From a virus, in IMG/VR virus record IMGVR_UViG_3300048672_000512, positions 32,001 through 96,000 of that record: DNA of 64,000 bases. One strand, written 5' to 3'. Positions 36,639-46,558 of this stretch are shown here, one piece after another. The position numbers were made by a program, and so were the translations under genes. Positions within the stretch are counted from its first letter, which is position 1; each line of letters begins with the position of its first letter. Under the pieces are notes generated by a model that saw nothing but the letters and a program-made list of their open reading frames with translations, had not been told where the DNA came from and searched no databases.

Positions 36639-36871
36639 CGCAGTTTCTAATTGACAGCATACCTTGGTTTCTAAGTGCTGTTACCATTCTCACTCAATGG
36701 ATGCTAGGCAACCGTGATGACAAGGCTTGGATCATAAGCTTGTGCAGTCAGCCGCTGTGGTTTCTATGGAGCGTGTTGAGTCACAGCTATGGGTTCCTGC
36801 CATTGAACCTGTTTCTTACTGTCATTTACTTCCGTAACTACCTGAAGTGGAAGAAGGATCGCGGAGCCTAA
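36635..36871 (+). CDS. small 3-TM protein, PnuC-like half transporter
   Basis: Three hydrophobic helices; W......W.W....YG...N......R.Y..W pattern. Confidence 0.5.
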   Translation: MTQFLIDSIPWFLSAVTILTQWMLGNRDDKAWIISLCSQPLWFLWSVLSHSYGFLPLNLFLTVIYFRNYLKWKKDRGA

Positions 36872-36873
36872 CA

Positions 36874-39066
36874 ATGCTGGTATTTGAAGACATAACTGTA
36901 AAGAACATTCCCTTTTTCAAGGAACAAAGCTTCAATCTTAACAGGAAGGGTATCAGCCTCATTCTGGGTCAGAATCTGAATGTCTCCAGCACAGCTACAA
37001 ACTTTGCTGGCAAGTCTCTATTCTTCTCTCAGTTTGGGGAGTTTCTTACGGACGAAGTGTTTGTAGGAACCAAGAGAGACATCACACGTAAAGGATCTAG
37101 AAGCGTATCCTTCTCTATTGGCAAGGACAAGTACGAAGCCGTGCGCAGCTTTTCTCCTTCGGAGAAGGTTGCTATATCGAAGAACGGCGAGGCTCTAAAC
37201 ATACGAGAGCTTAGCGAGGCAAAGGCAAAGCTTCGGAGTTTGATCAACTTCTCGCCAGAAGAGTTCAAGACGCTTGTTTACCTTGACTTCCGCACTCCAC
37301 ATCCGTTGATCCTTGGTGACACCGCAGAGCGGCGAAAGTTCTTTCTGTCGTTCTTCCGCCAGCTTAACGCTATGGATCCAGTACGAAAGCTGATTGCTTC
37401 GCAGATTCGGGCGTTGAAAGACAAAGCTATCATTCTTGAGGAAGTGAAGGCGCAAGCATCCTCTCTCAAGGGCGAGTGTCCAGCGAACATCAAGGAGTTG
37501 AAGCAAGAACTGGAAGAGATGTCTGCAGAGCATGCCAGCGCAGAAGCACGGTTAGCTGAACTTAGTACGGCAGCCGCGCTGTGGTCGCGTATTGAAAGTT
37601 ATGCCGACGTTTCTGAAGTGTGCACGCGTGAAAACATTGATACGGAAGAACAGCGAAAGTATGCTGTAAGTGCTATCAAGAAAACGTGCTTGAGCTTGCA
37701 GAAGGCAATTGATGACTGTGAGGCTTATGACAAGTGGAAGTCAGACAATCAAGCAGCTAGCGAAGTACTTCAGAACTTGACTAGCAAGCTTGAAGAGATA
37801 GGTGTAAAGCCAAGCAAAGCAGAAAGCTACTATGAGAGCTGCACTGCAGTTCTTGAGGATTACTTAAAGGCCCGTGAGAAACTGCTGGATCAGACTGCAG
37901 CCTTAGCGGGTCAGATACGCGAAGCAAAAGAGAAAAGAGAAGTAGTAGAAGCTGAGTACGACAGGCTGATAAAAAAGCGACGTATGCTCAAGGAAGCTGC
38001 TACCACCTGCCCAACTTGCGGAGCACCGTACAGCAACGAACACGCAAGCGCTGAACTTGAAGCCGTGCGTAAAGCCATTCAGAAAAACAAGGAAATTGAA
38101 CTTGAGGATGTAGCAACCCTTGAGGAAGAGCTGAAACGACTTCAACAGGCCTCAAGGGAAATACAGCGTGAGACTCAAGATGCGCAGTATCGTGCTAAAA
38201 CGCTTCGTAGTTATCTTAATCTGGTAGCTTCAAACGCGAGTACGTCGGCACCACCTGAAAAACCGGCTGGAAAGAAAAGCGACTTTGAGTCGGATCTTGA
38301 ATCGTACCAAGACAAGCTGGAAGCTTTGAGGAACGCAAAGTACCTGCTGGAACTTGAAGCAGAATGGCGAGAACTTCCAAGGGACATTCGTAGAGAGGCT
38401 AAGCTAGGAGTGAAAGAGGCACAACAGAAGTTCACGGAACGTGCTACTGCAATTGCCCGTATCTCTGCAACTATTGAATCAGCAGCAGACAAGCAGCGAA
38501 AGCTGAAAGAGCTAAGCCGGCGTGCTCAGGATCTGATGCAGGAACTTGAAGATAACGAGCCACTAGCACTGTTGGACGGCGCCTTCTCAAAGAAAGGCCT
38601 TGAAACAATAATCATAAACAACCTGTGCGAGACTCTTGGTGCTATCGTGAACCGATATGCAAAGTACCTGTTTCCTGAAGACTATCACTTCAGCTTTGAA
38701 CTCGAATCACAGTTCAACATTCTGGTGACTAGAAAGTACAAGGACAAGGAAGAGGTATCGGATGTACGCAAGCTATCTGGCGCTGAATGTCGTTTGTTCT
38801 CCCTTGTGCTGCTGATATCTCTTCTTTCTTTCGTTCCGAAGAATCGACGTTCAAACGTGGTGATCCTTGACGAACCAACCTCCATGATGGGTCCAGACTC
38901 TGTGCAATCGTTTGTTCAGTTTCTTCCAGTTCTGAACAGTGTGATTCCTCATGTAATCGTCATCACGCCATTGAACAGCACAGAGTATGCAGGCCTCAAT
39001 CCAAACGTGTTTACTGTTCAGAAAAAAGGCAATCGAAGTAGAATTCTGGAAGGTCAGTTCTCATGA
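36874..39066 (+). CDS. Rad50/SbcC (gp46-like) ATPase
   Basis: NFAGKS Walker A, CPTC zinc hook, LSGAE signature, ILDEP. Confidence 0.9.
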   Translation: MLVFEDITVKNIPFFKEQSFNLNRKGISLILGQNLNVSSTATNFAGKSLFFSQFGEFLTDEVFVGTKRDITRKGSRSVSFSIGKDKYEAVRSFSPSEKVAISKNGEALNIRELSEAKAKLRSLINFSPEEFKTLVYLDFRTPHPLILGDTAERRKFFLSFFRQLNAMDPVRKLIASQIRALKDKAIILEEVKAQASSLKGECPANIKELKQELEEMSAEHASAEARLAELSTAAALWSRIESYADVSEVCTRENIDTEEQRKYAVSAIKKTCLSLQKAIDDCEAYDKWKSDNQAASEVLQNLTSKLEEIGVKPSKAESYYESCTAVLEDYLKAREKLLDQTAALAGQIREAKEKREVVEAEYDRLIKKRRMLKEAATTCPTCGAPYSNEHASAELEAVRKAIQKNKEIELEDVATLEEELKRLQQASREIQRETQDAQYRAKTLRSYLNLVASNASTSAPPEKPAGKKSDFESDLESYQDKLEALRNAKYLLELEAEWRELPRDIRREAKLGVKEAQQKFTERATAIARISATIESAADKQRKLKELSRRAQDLMQELEDNEPLALLDGAFSKKGLETIIINNLCETLGAIVNRYAKYLFPEDYHFSFELESQFNILVTRKYKDKEEVSDVRKLSGAECRLFSLVLLISLLSFVPKNRRSNVVILDEPTSMMGPDSVQSFVQFLPVLNSVIPHVIVITPLNSTEYAGLNPNVFTVQKKGNRSRILEGQFS

Positions 39067-39773
39067 AAGTCACAGCGTTTGCTACGCCATCCGCTTCCTG
39101 GTTTGACATTCAGGAATTGGTAATGCTCGGTGTCATTCCGAATGCAGAGTTTGCAGACAGGAAAACAAAGGCGACACCGTCGATCAGGCACACCTGGGTT
39201 AGTGATATGCATGTTGTGTACGCAGAGTCGCTGTCTGCTCTTGCAGTTCATTCGCAAAGCGTACCTGAGTGTTCTCTGACAGAAACCGTCTACTTTGTAG
39301 GTGTTGGCAGCACCACTGCAAAGGAATACGCGTTACCCGTTCTTGAAAAGCTGCCTACAAAGCCGATTGAAACGATTCTGCTGTTCAGCTCTAAGCCAAA
39401 CTACCGAATACGAATTCGACCAGCGTCCAACTGCTACAAGGACGTGTACCGAAAGCACGCAGAAACAAAGAGCTATGTGCATGCCTTACAGCCTCTCATG
39501 TACAAGATAAAGGACAAGGACAAACGAAAGCTGATCGAGTCTCAGGTTCATGCATTCCTAGGTGGTGTTGCAAAGAAGCCGCCGGCTACAGGGATTGAGC
39601 GTATCGATACGCTGCTTGCTAATGAATTGACTTCAGAGTTTCGATCCGTGTGCATTCGAGCTGCCGGTGCTAGAGTTGCAGTAGAAGACGCATGCGGAGA
39701 CTCTGGCTTCAATCCGTTTGAAGTTATTTTTGTACTAAAACGCTGCAGTCTTCAGTACCGTACTTTTCTGTAG
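39063..39773 (+). CDS. hypothetical protein
   Basis: ATGA-coupled to Rad50 gene; 236 aa. Confidence 0.55.
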   Translation: MKVTAFATPSASWFDIQELVMLGVIPNAEFADRKTKATPSIRHTWVSDMHVVYAESLSALAVHSQSVPECSLTETVYFVGVGSTTAKEYALPVLEKLPTKPIETILLFSSKPNYRIRIRPASNCYKDVYRKHAETKSYVHALQPLMYKIKDKDKRKLIESQVHAFLGGVAKKPPATGIERIDTLLANELTSEFRSVCIRAAGARVAVEDACGDSGFNPFEVIFVLKRCSLQYRTFL

Positions 39774-39817
39774 CTCATTTTTAATGCAAGTGATCCGATC
39801 ATTTTGAAGGAACAACA

Positions 39818-40285
39818 ATGACTGCAATAAGTGGTAGGTTTGAGTACCCGGTGGGCTCTGGTGGTTTTGTAGATCTAGCTACTGGCAGGTACGTTAACGC
39901 GTATGCTGGAAACGACAGTCTGAGTTTGACACCTCCTTCTGGTCTGTCTACTGCTAGCAACTACTACACGATAAACCTGACAAACGGTCAGTATCTGAGT
40001 GCACCGGAAGGTAGCTCTTTTACTACAGCAGACGGTGACTTGTTTGTCATTGAAGACATGCTGTACATGGTGCAAAAAGGGACTCGCGTTGACTTGCCTC
40101 TTTTTCACTATACCGTCGTGACTGAGCGCACAGGAAGCGTAATCAACTCGGTAGTTGCAAGAGTTGCTTCTGTTACCAAGACTTCAGGTCCGGTTACAAT
40201 ACCGCCAAATTCTGCATACGTTTACGTGCTTGCTTCCAACAGTAGAGCAGGCACGCAGTATCTAATTCAAGTAGCTTCTGTATAA
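39818..40285 (+). CDS. beta-rich hypothetical protein (virion-like)
   Basis: S/T/G/V-rich 155 aa; AAGGA RBS. Confidence 0.55.
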   Translation: MTAISGRFEYPVGSGGFVDLATGRYVNAYAGNDSLSLTPPSGLSTASNYYTINLTNGQYLSAPEGSSFTTADGDLFVIEDMLYMVQKGTRVDLPLFHYTVVTERTGSVINSVVARVASVTKTSGPVTIPPNSAYVYVLASNSRAGTQYLIQVASV

Positions 40286-40288
40286 ATC

Positions 40289-41095
40289 ATGGCATCTCAA
40301 AACTTTCTCCCTGTACTTTCAACTAACCGAATCGTGCTTGGGGCTGTGCCTATCACGTCCACGGCGTTTACTGGTTCCGAGACGACGTTTACGGAAACCT
40401 CCACGTCAAAGACCTACGCAACCAAGAGCTTTACTGTTCCCTACGTGTACGCAGATCCAGCAGTAGCCGGTGTCAACGTTCTTTCTTCTGCAACATACGT
40501 TGGCATTGAAGTTTCCACGTCTGTTGCTAACAGTGGAATGCATGTAGTGAAGACTGCAGTTCCTAACATGATCGAAGCTATCGATCTGGTTCCGCAACGT
40601 ACCTGGGTGCAAGCTAACGGCTTTGTTACCGAGATGGGTTTCCTTGCAAATGGCGGTAGCTTCTCGAACTTCCTGTTTCAGCTAGCTACTGGTGTTCAGG
40701 TTCCGTCTACTACGATTGTAGCCCCGCCGCTTGCTACTCCGACTGCGTCTAATGCTACGTTGTCGTGGGTTACCAAAGTTCAATTCAGCAATGCACAGGC
40801 AACCTCGTTCTTTGACGTGAACTGGGTTGAAGCTCTTAGTGCGTCAAGTGGCAACTACGAACCTGTCTCTGCTTCCATCGGTGCCCCGTCTGGTGGTATT
40901 GCAACCTACGTTCGCGCCTTCGTTGTTCAGTCTCCGTCTGCGGTTGGACGTTTTGGTGGTGTGCAGTACAACGTGATGCGATTTATTCGCGTTACGTCTG
41001 ATCCTGTTCCTGCAGGTACGTACGTGTACCCGATCACCATCACCAATACAGATGGCAACACTGTGACCGTGAACCTGTCAGTTGTTGTTTCCTAA
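40289..41095 (+). CDS. beta-rich hypothetical protein (virion-like, Ig-like C-terminus)
   Basis: Very low charge; GTYVYPITITNTDGNTVTVNLSVVV C-terminal strand pattern. Confidence 0.55.
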   Translation: MASQNFLPVLSTNRIVLGAVPITSTAFTGSETTFTETSTSKTYATKSFTVPYVYADPAVAGVNVLSSATYVGIEVSTSVANSGMHVVKTAVPNMIEAIDLVPQRTWVQANGFVTEMGFLANGGSFSNFLFQLATGVQVPSTTIVAPPLATPTASNATLSWVTKVQFSNAQATSFFDVNWVEALSASSGNYEPVSASIGAPSGGIATYVRAFVVQSPSAVGRFGGVQYNVMRFIRVTSDPVPAGTYVYPITITNTDGNTVTVNLSVVVS

Positions 41096-41111
41096 CCTTT
41101 GAGGTAACCGC

Positions 41112-41417
41112 ATGAAATGCCCACAAGACGTAAGCAACGAAGAGAATGAATGGCTCAGTGACAACACCTGCAGCTACTGTGGAAGTCTGAACCCAGAAAC
41201 TTTCCTTCGTGAGATAGAAGCGGGTTCTACTATCACACCAACAGACAAGAACTACAAAGCATACTTGAACACGAGTAGTGGCCGGCGCAAGTTCTATTTT
41301 GAACATCTTTCTGACGAGCAAAAAGCTAAGTTTGTGCAGCTTTGCAATGACAAGAAGTTGAAGTTTGAGTACCCAGGATACTTCTACATCCTGCCATACT
41401 TCTGCAAAGCTGCGTAG
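41112..41417 (+). CDS. hypothetical phage protein
   Basis: CSYCGSLNP...TDKNYK.Y...KFYF.HLS. Confidence 0.6.
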   Translation: MKCPQDVSNEENEWLSDNTCSYCGSLNPETFLREIEAGSTITPTDKNYKAYLNTSSGRRKFYFEHLSDEQKAKFVQLCNDKKLKFEYPGYFYILPYFCKAA

Positions 41418-41600
41418 TTGTGTTTTCATACCGGACGCTTTCTGTTTGCTGCGCGTTTGTTGGTCCTTTCCGCGCAAGTAGTTCTTGTCTCCAAGCTACT
41501 GCAGACAGTGTAGTGTTTTGCACCGGCGAGAGCTTTCCGGTTCAATACTGTGAAAGTGTTGAGGTAGCGAAAGCTGCCAGGCTCGAAGACCCGGTGTTTA

Positions 41601-41810
41601 TTGGAGAAAAGGGTGCTGCGATTCACAAACTATGACGCGCCGTCTATTGAAGAGGCTACGAAGATAGATGAGACAAGACTACCGGAGAAAGTAGAATCAA
41701 TTGAGGTTTATCACGATGGTGGTAGGCTTGCCATAGTGGTGAACGGTCAAGAGTTCTTTTATGTAGACGAAGGTACTCGTGACTGCCATGTCTGTTTAGA
41801 CAATACGTAA
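41601..41810 (+). CDS. hypothetical protein
   Basis: 69-aa ORF from track, TTG start. Confidence 0.4.
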   Translation: MEKRVLRFTNYDAPSIEEATKIDETRLPEKVESIEVYHDGGRLAIVVNGQEFFYVDEGTRDCHVCLDNT

Positions 41811-41818
41811 CAAACAAA

Positions 41819-41895
41819 GGGCCGATAGCTTAGCGTTCCAAAGCAGCGGACTCATAATCCGTTGATCGTCGGTTAGAATCCGACTCGGCCTACCA
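41819..41895 (+). tRNA. tRNA with CAT anticodon (probably Ile2/lysidine-type; elongator Met possible)
   Basis: Acceptor stem GGGCCGA/TCGGCCT + A + CCA; anticodon arm GCGGA-CTCATAA-TCCGT; T arm GTCGG-TTAGAAT-CCGAC; C4:G69 and C5:G68. Confidence 0.9.
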
Positions 41896-41898
41896 AAA

Positions 41899-41934
41899 AA
41901 ACCCCACTATCTACTTGCTAGGTACGTGGGGTTT
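41899..41934 (+). terminator. terminator hairpin after tRNA
   Basis: AAACCCCAC...GTGGGGTTT. Confidence 0.65.
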
Positions 41935-41953
41935 GTTGCTTCTGCATTACAAA

Positions 41954-42000
41954 CTGTTACACTTTAGTTCTTGACAACCGGTGTGTAACAGAGGTAAACT
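41954..42000 (+). promoter_or_regulatory. sigma70-type promoter with overlapping inverted repeat
   Basis: TTGACA (41971-76) - 18 nt - TAAACT (41995-42000); CTGTTACAC/GTGTAACAG 9-bp inverted repeat at 41954-62 and 41983-91. Confidence 0.6.
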
Positions 42001-42055
42001 GAAGGTGCAGGTAGCAAGCTACCTATCACCAGAAACAACCCTGAAGGAAGAAACC

Positions 42056-42397
42056 ATGTTCAAGACCACCAACGAATTCCAAGCTGCTGCTACCGCTCTG
42101 CGCCCTGGCGCATGGGTTGCCGTGCTACCTCCTGACGTTGATACAACAAACCCGCACCTGCGCGGTCTTGCAGTGTTCTGCGAGGAAATCCTGCTTGCAC
42201 AAGTGACGTCCAACGATAGCGAAGGCATCATGGCCGACGTGCACGTGATTGACGTTGCAGACGTTCCCGACTGCACAATGGAAATGAAGTTGACGCATGG
42301 GTCGATAGCGGCAATCTGGACCGGGATCGAGTTCCCCGAATGGAAACCGGACCTAGCTAACAACGGCTGGAGCGTGGATCCGTTCACTGCAGTTTGA
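42056..42397 (+). CDS. hypothetical (probable early) protein
   Basis: GAAGGAAG RBS; own promoter and terminator. Confidence 0.6.
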   Translation: MFKTTNEFQAAATALRPGAWVAVLPPDVDTTNPHLRGLAVFCEEILLAQVTSNDSEGIMADVHVIDVADVPDCTMEMKLTHGSIAAIWTGIEFPEWKPDLANNGWSVDPFTAV

Positions 42398-42406
42398 TTC
42401 TGACAC

Positions 42407-42430
42407 ACGGGAACTTCGGTTCCCGTTTTC
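42407..42430 (+). terminator. rho-independent terminator
   Basis: ACGGGAAC-TTCG-GTTCCCGT-TTTC. Confidence 0.8.
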
Positions 42431-42445
42431 ATTTGGAGTTCTGAA

Positions 42446-42958
42446 ATGAACAATCGCATGTTTCTTGCAGCCGACCTACACATCGAGCATGCAAGCATTG
42501 TAAAGTTTCGTACCCGCCATGATGGTTCCCCTTTCAATAACACTCAGGAGCACACTGCGTACCTGAAAGAAAGGTGGAATGAAACTGTCAAGCCGAAGGA
42601 CACGGTTCTGATACTTGGTGACGCTGTATTTGGCGCAAGCAACATTCAGATTCTGAAGGAGTTCAACGGCGTCAAGAAACTGATCATGGGGAACCATGAT
42701 AGCTATCCGGCAGCAAAATACCTTGAGGTATTCAATTCTGTGCATTCATCAATGCAGATTGCAAGCACAATCCTGACGCACATTCCTGTACATCCATGCC
42801 AGTTTCCGCGCTACCAAGCTAATGTGCATGGGCATCTGCATGACATGAGAATTGATGATCCCCGGTACTTCTGCGTATCGATGGATCAAATTGAATGCAA
42901 GCCGATACTTCTTGCAGACGTGTTTGCGCGCCTTGGTGCGCATGGAGTTCTGAAATGA
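42446..42958 (+). CDS. calcineurin-like metallophosphoesterase
   Basis: ADLH, LGD, GNHD, THIP, NVHGHLH. Confidence 0.85.
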   Translation: MNNRMFLAADLHIEHASIVKFRTRHDGSPFNNTQEHTAYLKERWNETVKPKDTVLILGDAVFGASNIQILKEFNGVKKLIMGNHDSYPAAKYLEVFNSVHSSMQIASTILTHIPVHPCQFPRYQANVHGHLHDMRIDDPRYFCVSMDQIECKPILLADVFARLGAHGVLK

Positions 42959-43272
42959 CCAAACCTACACTGAACGGAAACTACGTGTCTGCGGTTCCTG
43001 GCGGCACACTCATTCGCAATTTCAAACCCGCAGACCGAGAGTGGTTACTCAAGTGGACAACTTGGTTCTTTTTTAGTGTTCCGGAAGCACGCAAGCATTT
43101 CTTCATTGAAGAGTGCAACTACTTTTACGATCCAGCAACAGAGACAACGCGACGCTTCTACACTGAGGGTTTTTCTCTGCACTACGTTCCTGCCAAGAGT
43201 GACCCTTTGCTTCATGCATTTATAGAAGAACTGGACCAGCAGACATGGTTGCGAATAGCTAACCGGCGTTGA
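42955..43272 (+). CDS. hypothetical protein
   Basis: ATG 42955 adjacent to upstream stop. Confidence 0.5.
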   Translation: MTKPTLNGNYVSAVPGGTLIRNFKPADREWLLKWTTWFFFSVPEARKHFFIEECNYFYDPATETTRRFYTEGFSLHYVPAKSDPLLHAFIEELDQQTWLRIANRR

Positions 43273-43317
43273 CTGTGAAGGTAGTCGTGTAGTCCTGCAA
43301 ATTTTCTGGAGAAAGTC

Positions 43318-43986
43318 ATGAGCAAGAAGAGCATTGGTCTAGCCCGTTGCGTGCAATCGCGTGACGTGCGCAACGGTGTTGTCACCAGCTACGCGAGCAT
43401 GTCACTATGCGCTAAGAAGTTTGGCATGACGCAGGTTCAGCTTACCGAACACCTCAGGTCGGTGAATGCTTCCAAGCGCACATGGAAATGGCATGTCTTT
43501 CGCTATGAAAGCGACTCACATTTGCCTTGGCCGGACTTGGATCCGGTTCTTGCTATCGAGTACTCCATGAGTCTGAAAGAAGTCAGGCTGTACGTAGTCG
43601 AACACAAAGACGGCAACGGCGTCCAGTGCAAGAAGGTTTTGCCGTGGTTGGAAGACGTCAAGACCTACATTGGAAACAAAACGCTGAAACTTGACAAGCT
43701 TTCAAAAGCACGCACGATCAATGTGAATGGCGTTGACTTCCGATGCCGTGTAGCAACGCGTGAAGAGCTTCTTGAGAACTCAGAAATTCTTTCTGAGACA
43801 AGCCGCGTGCGCTCCAACCGTTTGTGTGCTTCCTACATACGAGACAATCACCCGGCTTCGGTGGCTGCCGCCGTAGAACCTGCATACGCTAGCGAGGGTT
43901 CTTCAGACCAAAGCTCTTCAGCCAACAGTCTGCAAGATGCTTTTTCCATACTGACTCAGCTCGGACGGCAACATGATACTGCCTAA
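43318..43986 (+). CDS. hypothetical protein with NUMOD1-like N-terminal DNA-binding motif
   Basis: V...D..NG....Y.S...CAKKFG. Confidence 0.45.
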   Translation: MSKKSIGLARCVQSRDVRNGVVTSYASMSLCAKKFGMTQVQLTEHLRSVNASKRTWKWHVFRYESDSHLPWPDLDPVLAIEYSMSLKEVRLYVVEHKDGNGVQCKKVLPWLEDVKTYIGNKTLKLDKLSKARTINVNGVDFRCRVATREELLENSEILSETSRVRSNRLCASYIRDNHPASVAAAVEPAYASEGSSDQSSSANSLQDAFSILTQLGRQHDTA

Positions 43987-45940
43987 ACCTCTCAGCGCAA
44001 AGAAAAAGCTGTTTCTCCAAGCAAGAAACGAATACTACAATTCAGCTACTGGAGCTACCACGCTTACCGACGCCGAGTTTGACATTCTGGAAGATCAGAT
44101 TCGCAAGCTTGACCCAGAGTGGAAGGAGCTTCAACGTACAGGTATCTCGGCCGGCAAGAAGAAAGAAATTCCTCTTGTGTGCCAGATGCCTTCGCTTGAC
44201 AAGATACAAGCGGAAAACCCGGAAGCAGTCAACAAGTTTCTTTCTCGAATATCCAAGCTAAGCAGCAATGTTGAGCTTAGCGAAAAGCTTGATGGTTGCG
44301 CGTTGCAGGCTGTGTACGTTCTTGACAAGAAGCACTCCGTGTACGTGATGCAGCAGCTTATAACGCGAGGCGACGGTGTACTTGGCAAGGATGTTTCCTA
44401 CTTCATACCTCACTTGAAAAACGTTCCGGTAGCTATGGATCTGCGGCCGGCGCTGCGCAGCACACTACCGGAAAAAATAGTTGTGCGTATGGAAGCTGTG
44501 ATCCGTCGCAAAGACTTTAATGAAAAGTGGGCTACGGTGTTCGACTCTGCGAGGGCCGCTGCATCCGCTATATTCAATCGTCACGACGTGCATGCCGCTC
44601 TTGCAGACGTGCGCCTTGTCGCTATTCGAGTTCAGTACCCGTACTGGTCTATCAAAGCTGGCCGTGAGTTTCTGAAGTGTCATGAGTTTGAGGTTGTGCG
44701 TAGCAAGACGGTGCGAGTGGAAGAATGCACGGTTGAAAGCTTGACCGCGTCAGTTGAACGTATTCGAGAGTCTTCAAAGTACGACACCGATGGCTTAGTG
44801 CTTTGGACGTCTTGCATGCTTCAAGATTACCTTGAAGACACGGAAAAGCGCCCGCAGCATGCGCGAGCTTTCAAGTTGAATGACATTCAAGACGCAAAGC
44901 TCACAACAATAACACGTGTTGACTGGCAACCGTCGCCTCACGGCTACCTGATACCGAAGGCTCAGATTGAACCTCTAAAGTTCGGTGCGGTCACTGTCAA
45001 GCAGGTTACTCTGAATAACGCAAACTGGGCACATGAGCGTGGCCTGGGTGTCGGAGCCCAAGTCAAAGTGCTGCGTTCTGGTGAAATCATTCCAAAAATT
45101 GTTGCAGTGGTGAAGAGTGCTAAGTTCCAATTACCGTCCAGCAAGGAGGTAACTGGCTCGTATGAATGGGACAAGACGCATACGCACCTTGTTCTTGCAT
45201 CGAGCGTTGACAACAAGGAAGTGGTCGCTAAGAAGTTCAACCGCTTCTTCACGTCTTTGGGTATGGAAGACATTGCAATCGGAGTAGCTACCAAGCTTGC
45301 CGATGCTGGATTCACTTCTACTGCGCAGCTTGCTAATCTGCAATTGGCAGACTTTGCAAGCCTGCCTGGAGTGAAGTCTTCTGCAGCAAAGTATGCAGAG
45401 CAGGTGCAGCGAATTCGTGACTGTGAGTTTGACATGATCAGTCTCATGGTAGCTAGTGGCGTGTTTCCTAGAGGCGTCGGTGAAACTCGTTTGCGTTCTC
45501 TAGCTGCAGCAGTACCTACGCTTTTCAACATCAAAACATTAGATGAATCGGAAAAACTACGGTACTCTAACTATGTTGAGGCTGCAGCTGAAACAAAGGG
45601 TTGTGGACCCGCCTTCGCGGAAGCGTTGAAAGTAGGGCTTCCTGCATTCGCTAGATGGCTAGCCGAAGCAGACATTGAAGTTAGGGCTGTCAAGAAAGAA
45701 TCAAAGGTCATTGGTCCGCTGACAGGAAAGTCTTTCTCTTGGACTGGATATCGAGACAAGCAGCAAGAGCGCATCGTTGAAGATCTTGGTGGTCGCGTAG
45801 TTGCCTTCAGCGTCAAGAAGACTTCGGTTTTGTTCTACCAGCAAGGCTCCAGAGAAACAGCCAAGCCGGACAAAGCACGAGAGTCTGGAATTCCAGTCAT
45901 ATCCAATTTTGCAAAGTGGTTGGATACTGTGAAAGATTAG
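43973..45940 (+). CDS. ligA: NAD-dependent DNA ligase
   Basis: YY...LTDAEFD, SLDK, EKLDG, TRGDG..G.DV, DGLV, AFK, RSGEIIPKI, BRCT-like C-terminus. Confidence 0.9.
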   Translation: MILPKPLSAKKKLFLQARNEYYNSATGATTLTDAEFDILEDQIRKLDPEWKELQRTGISAGKKKEIPLVCQMPSLDKIQAENPEAVNKFLSRISKLSSNVELSEKLDGCALQAVYVLDKKHSVYVMQQLITRGDGVLGKDVSYFIPHLKNVPVAMDLRPALRSTLPEKIVVRMEAVIRRKDFNEKWATVFDSARAAASAIFNRHDVHAALADVRLVAIRVQYPYWSIKAGREFLKCHEFEVVRSKTVRVEECTVESLTASVERIRESSKYDTDGLVLWTSCMLQDYLEDTEKRPQHARAFKLNDIQDAKLTTITRVDWQPSPHGYLIPKAQIEPLKFGAVTVKQVTLNNANWAHERGLGVGAQVKVLRSGEIIPKIVAVVKSAKFQLPSSKEVTGSYEWDKTHTHLVLASSVDNKEVVAKKFNRFFTSLGMEDIAIGVATKLADAGFTSTAQLANLQLADFASLPGVKSSAAKYAEQVQRIRDCEFDMISLMVASGVFPRGVGETRLRSLAAAVPTLFNIKTLDESEKLRYSNYVEAAAETKGCGPAFAEALKVGLPAFARWLAEADIEVRAVKKESKVIGPLTGKSFSWTGYRDKQQERIVEDLGGRVVAFSVKKTSVLFYQQGSRETAKPDKARESGIPVISNFAKWLDTVKD

Positions 45941-45959
45941 TAGTACACAAGGGGTTGTC

Positions 45960-46550
45960 GTGAACATATTTGCAGTAAACCGCGATCCGGTGCTAGCAGC
46001 AAAAGATCTGATAGATGGCCATGTAGGCAAGATGTGCTTGGAATCGGCGCAAATTTTGTGCACTGCGCATCGCACTTGTAAGTCACCTCTGTCCAGTAGC
46101 AAGCTAAGTAGGCTATACAAGGCAACGCACGTAAGTCATCCGTCATCAAAGTGGGTTTGCTACAGCAGAGATAACTATAGTTGGCTGTATGAGCACTTTG
46201 AAGCGCTCAGCGCTGAATACCAGCGCCGGTCTGCACACAAGAACCCTCATGCTTCTTTTGCTAAGCTTGGTGCTCTCTTGCGACCGTGCCAACTGGATTT
46301 CTACGATGACGGTTTTGTTCCGTGGTTTCCTGCAATGCCAGAAGAGATGAAACCAGCGTCAGGCTGTAGCGTAGACGAAATGGTGACTGCATACAAACAT
46401 TTTTATGTAGAAACCAAGCAGCCTTTTGCATACTGGACAGAACGTGCTGTTCCAACATGGTACAGAGAAGCCTGCGAGGCAAAAGGCCTTTGTGAGTACG
46501 AAGGCAAGCACAAAGATGGCCGGCGTTATAGGTTCATGCACACTGAGTGA
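45960..46550 (+). CDS. pyrimidine-dimer DNA glycosylase-like (DenV family) protein
   Basis: MNIF...DP..AA....D.HV.KM.LE.AQ.LCTAH, YK.TH..HP...W. Confidence 0.7.
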   Translation: MNIFAVNRDPVLAAKDLIDGHVGKMCLESAQILCTAHRTCKSPLSSSKLSRLYKATHVSHPSSKWVCYSRDNYSWLYEHFEALSAEYQRRSAHKNPHASFAKLGALLRPCQLDFYDDGFVPWFPAMPEEMKPASGCSVDEMVTAYKHFYVETKQPFAYWTERAVPTWYREACEAKGLCEYEGKHKDGRRYRFMHTE

Positions 46551-46558
46551 GAAACCAA

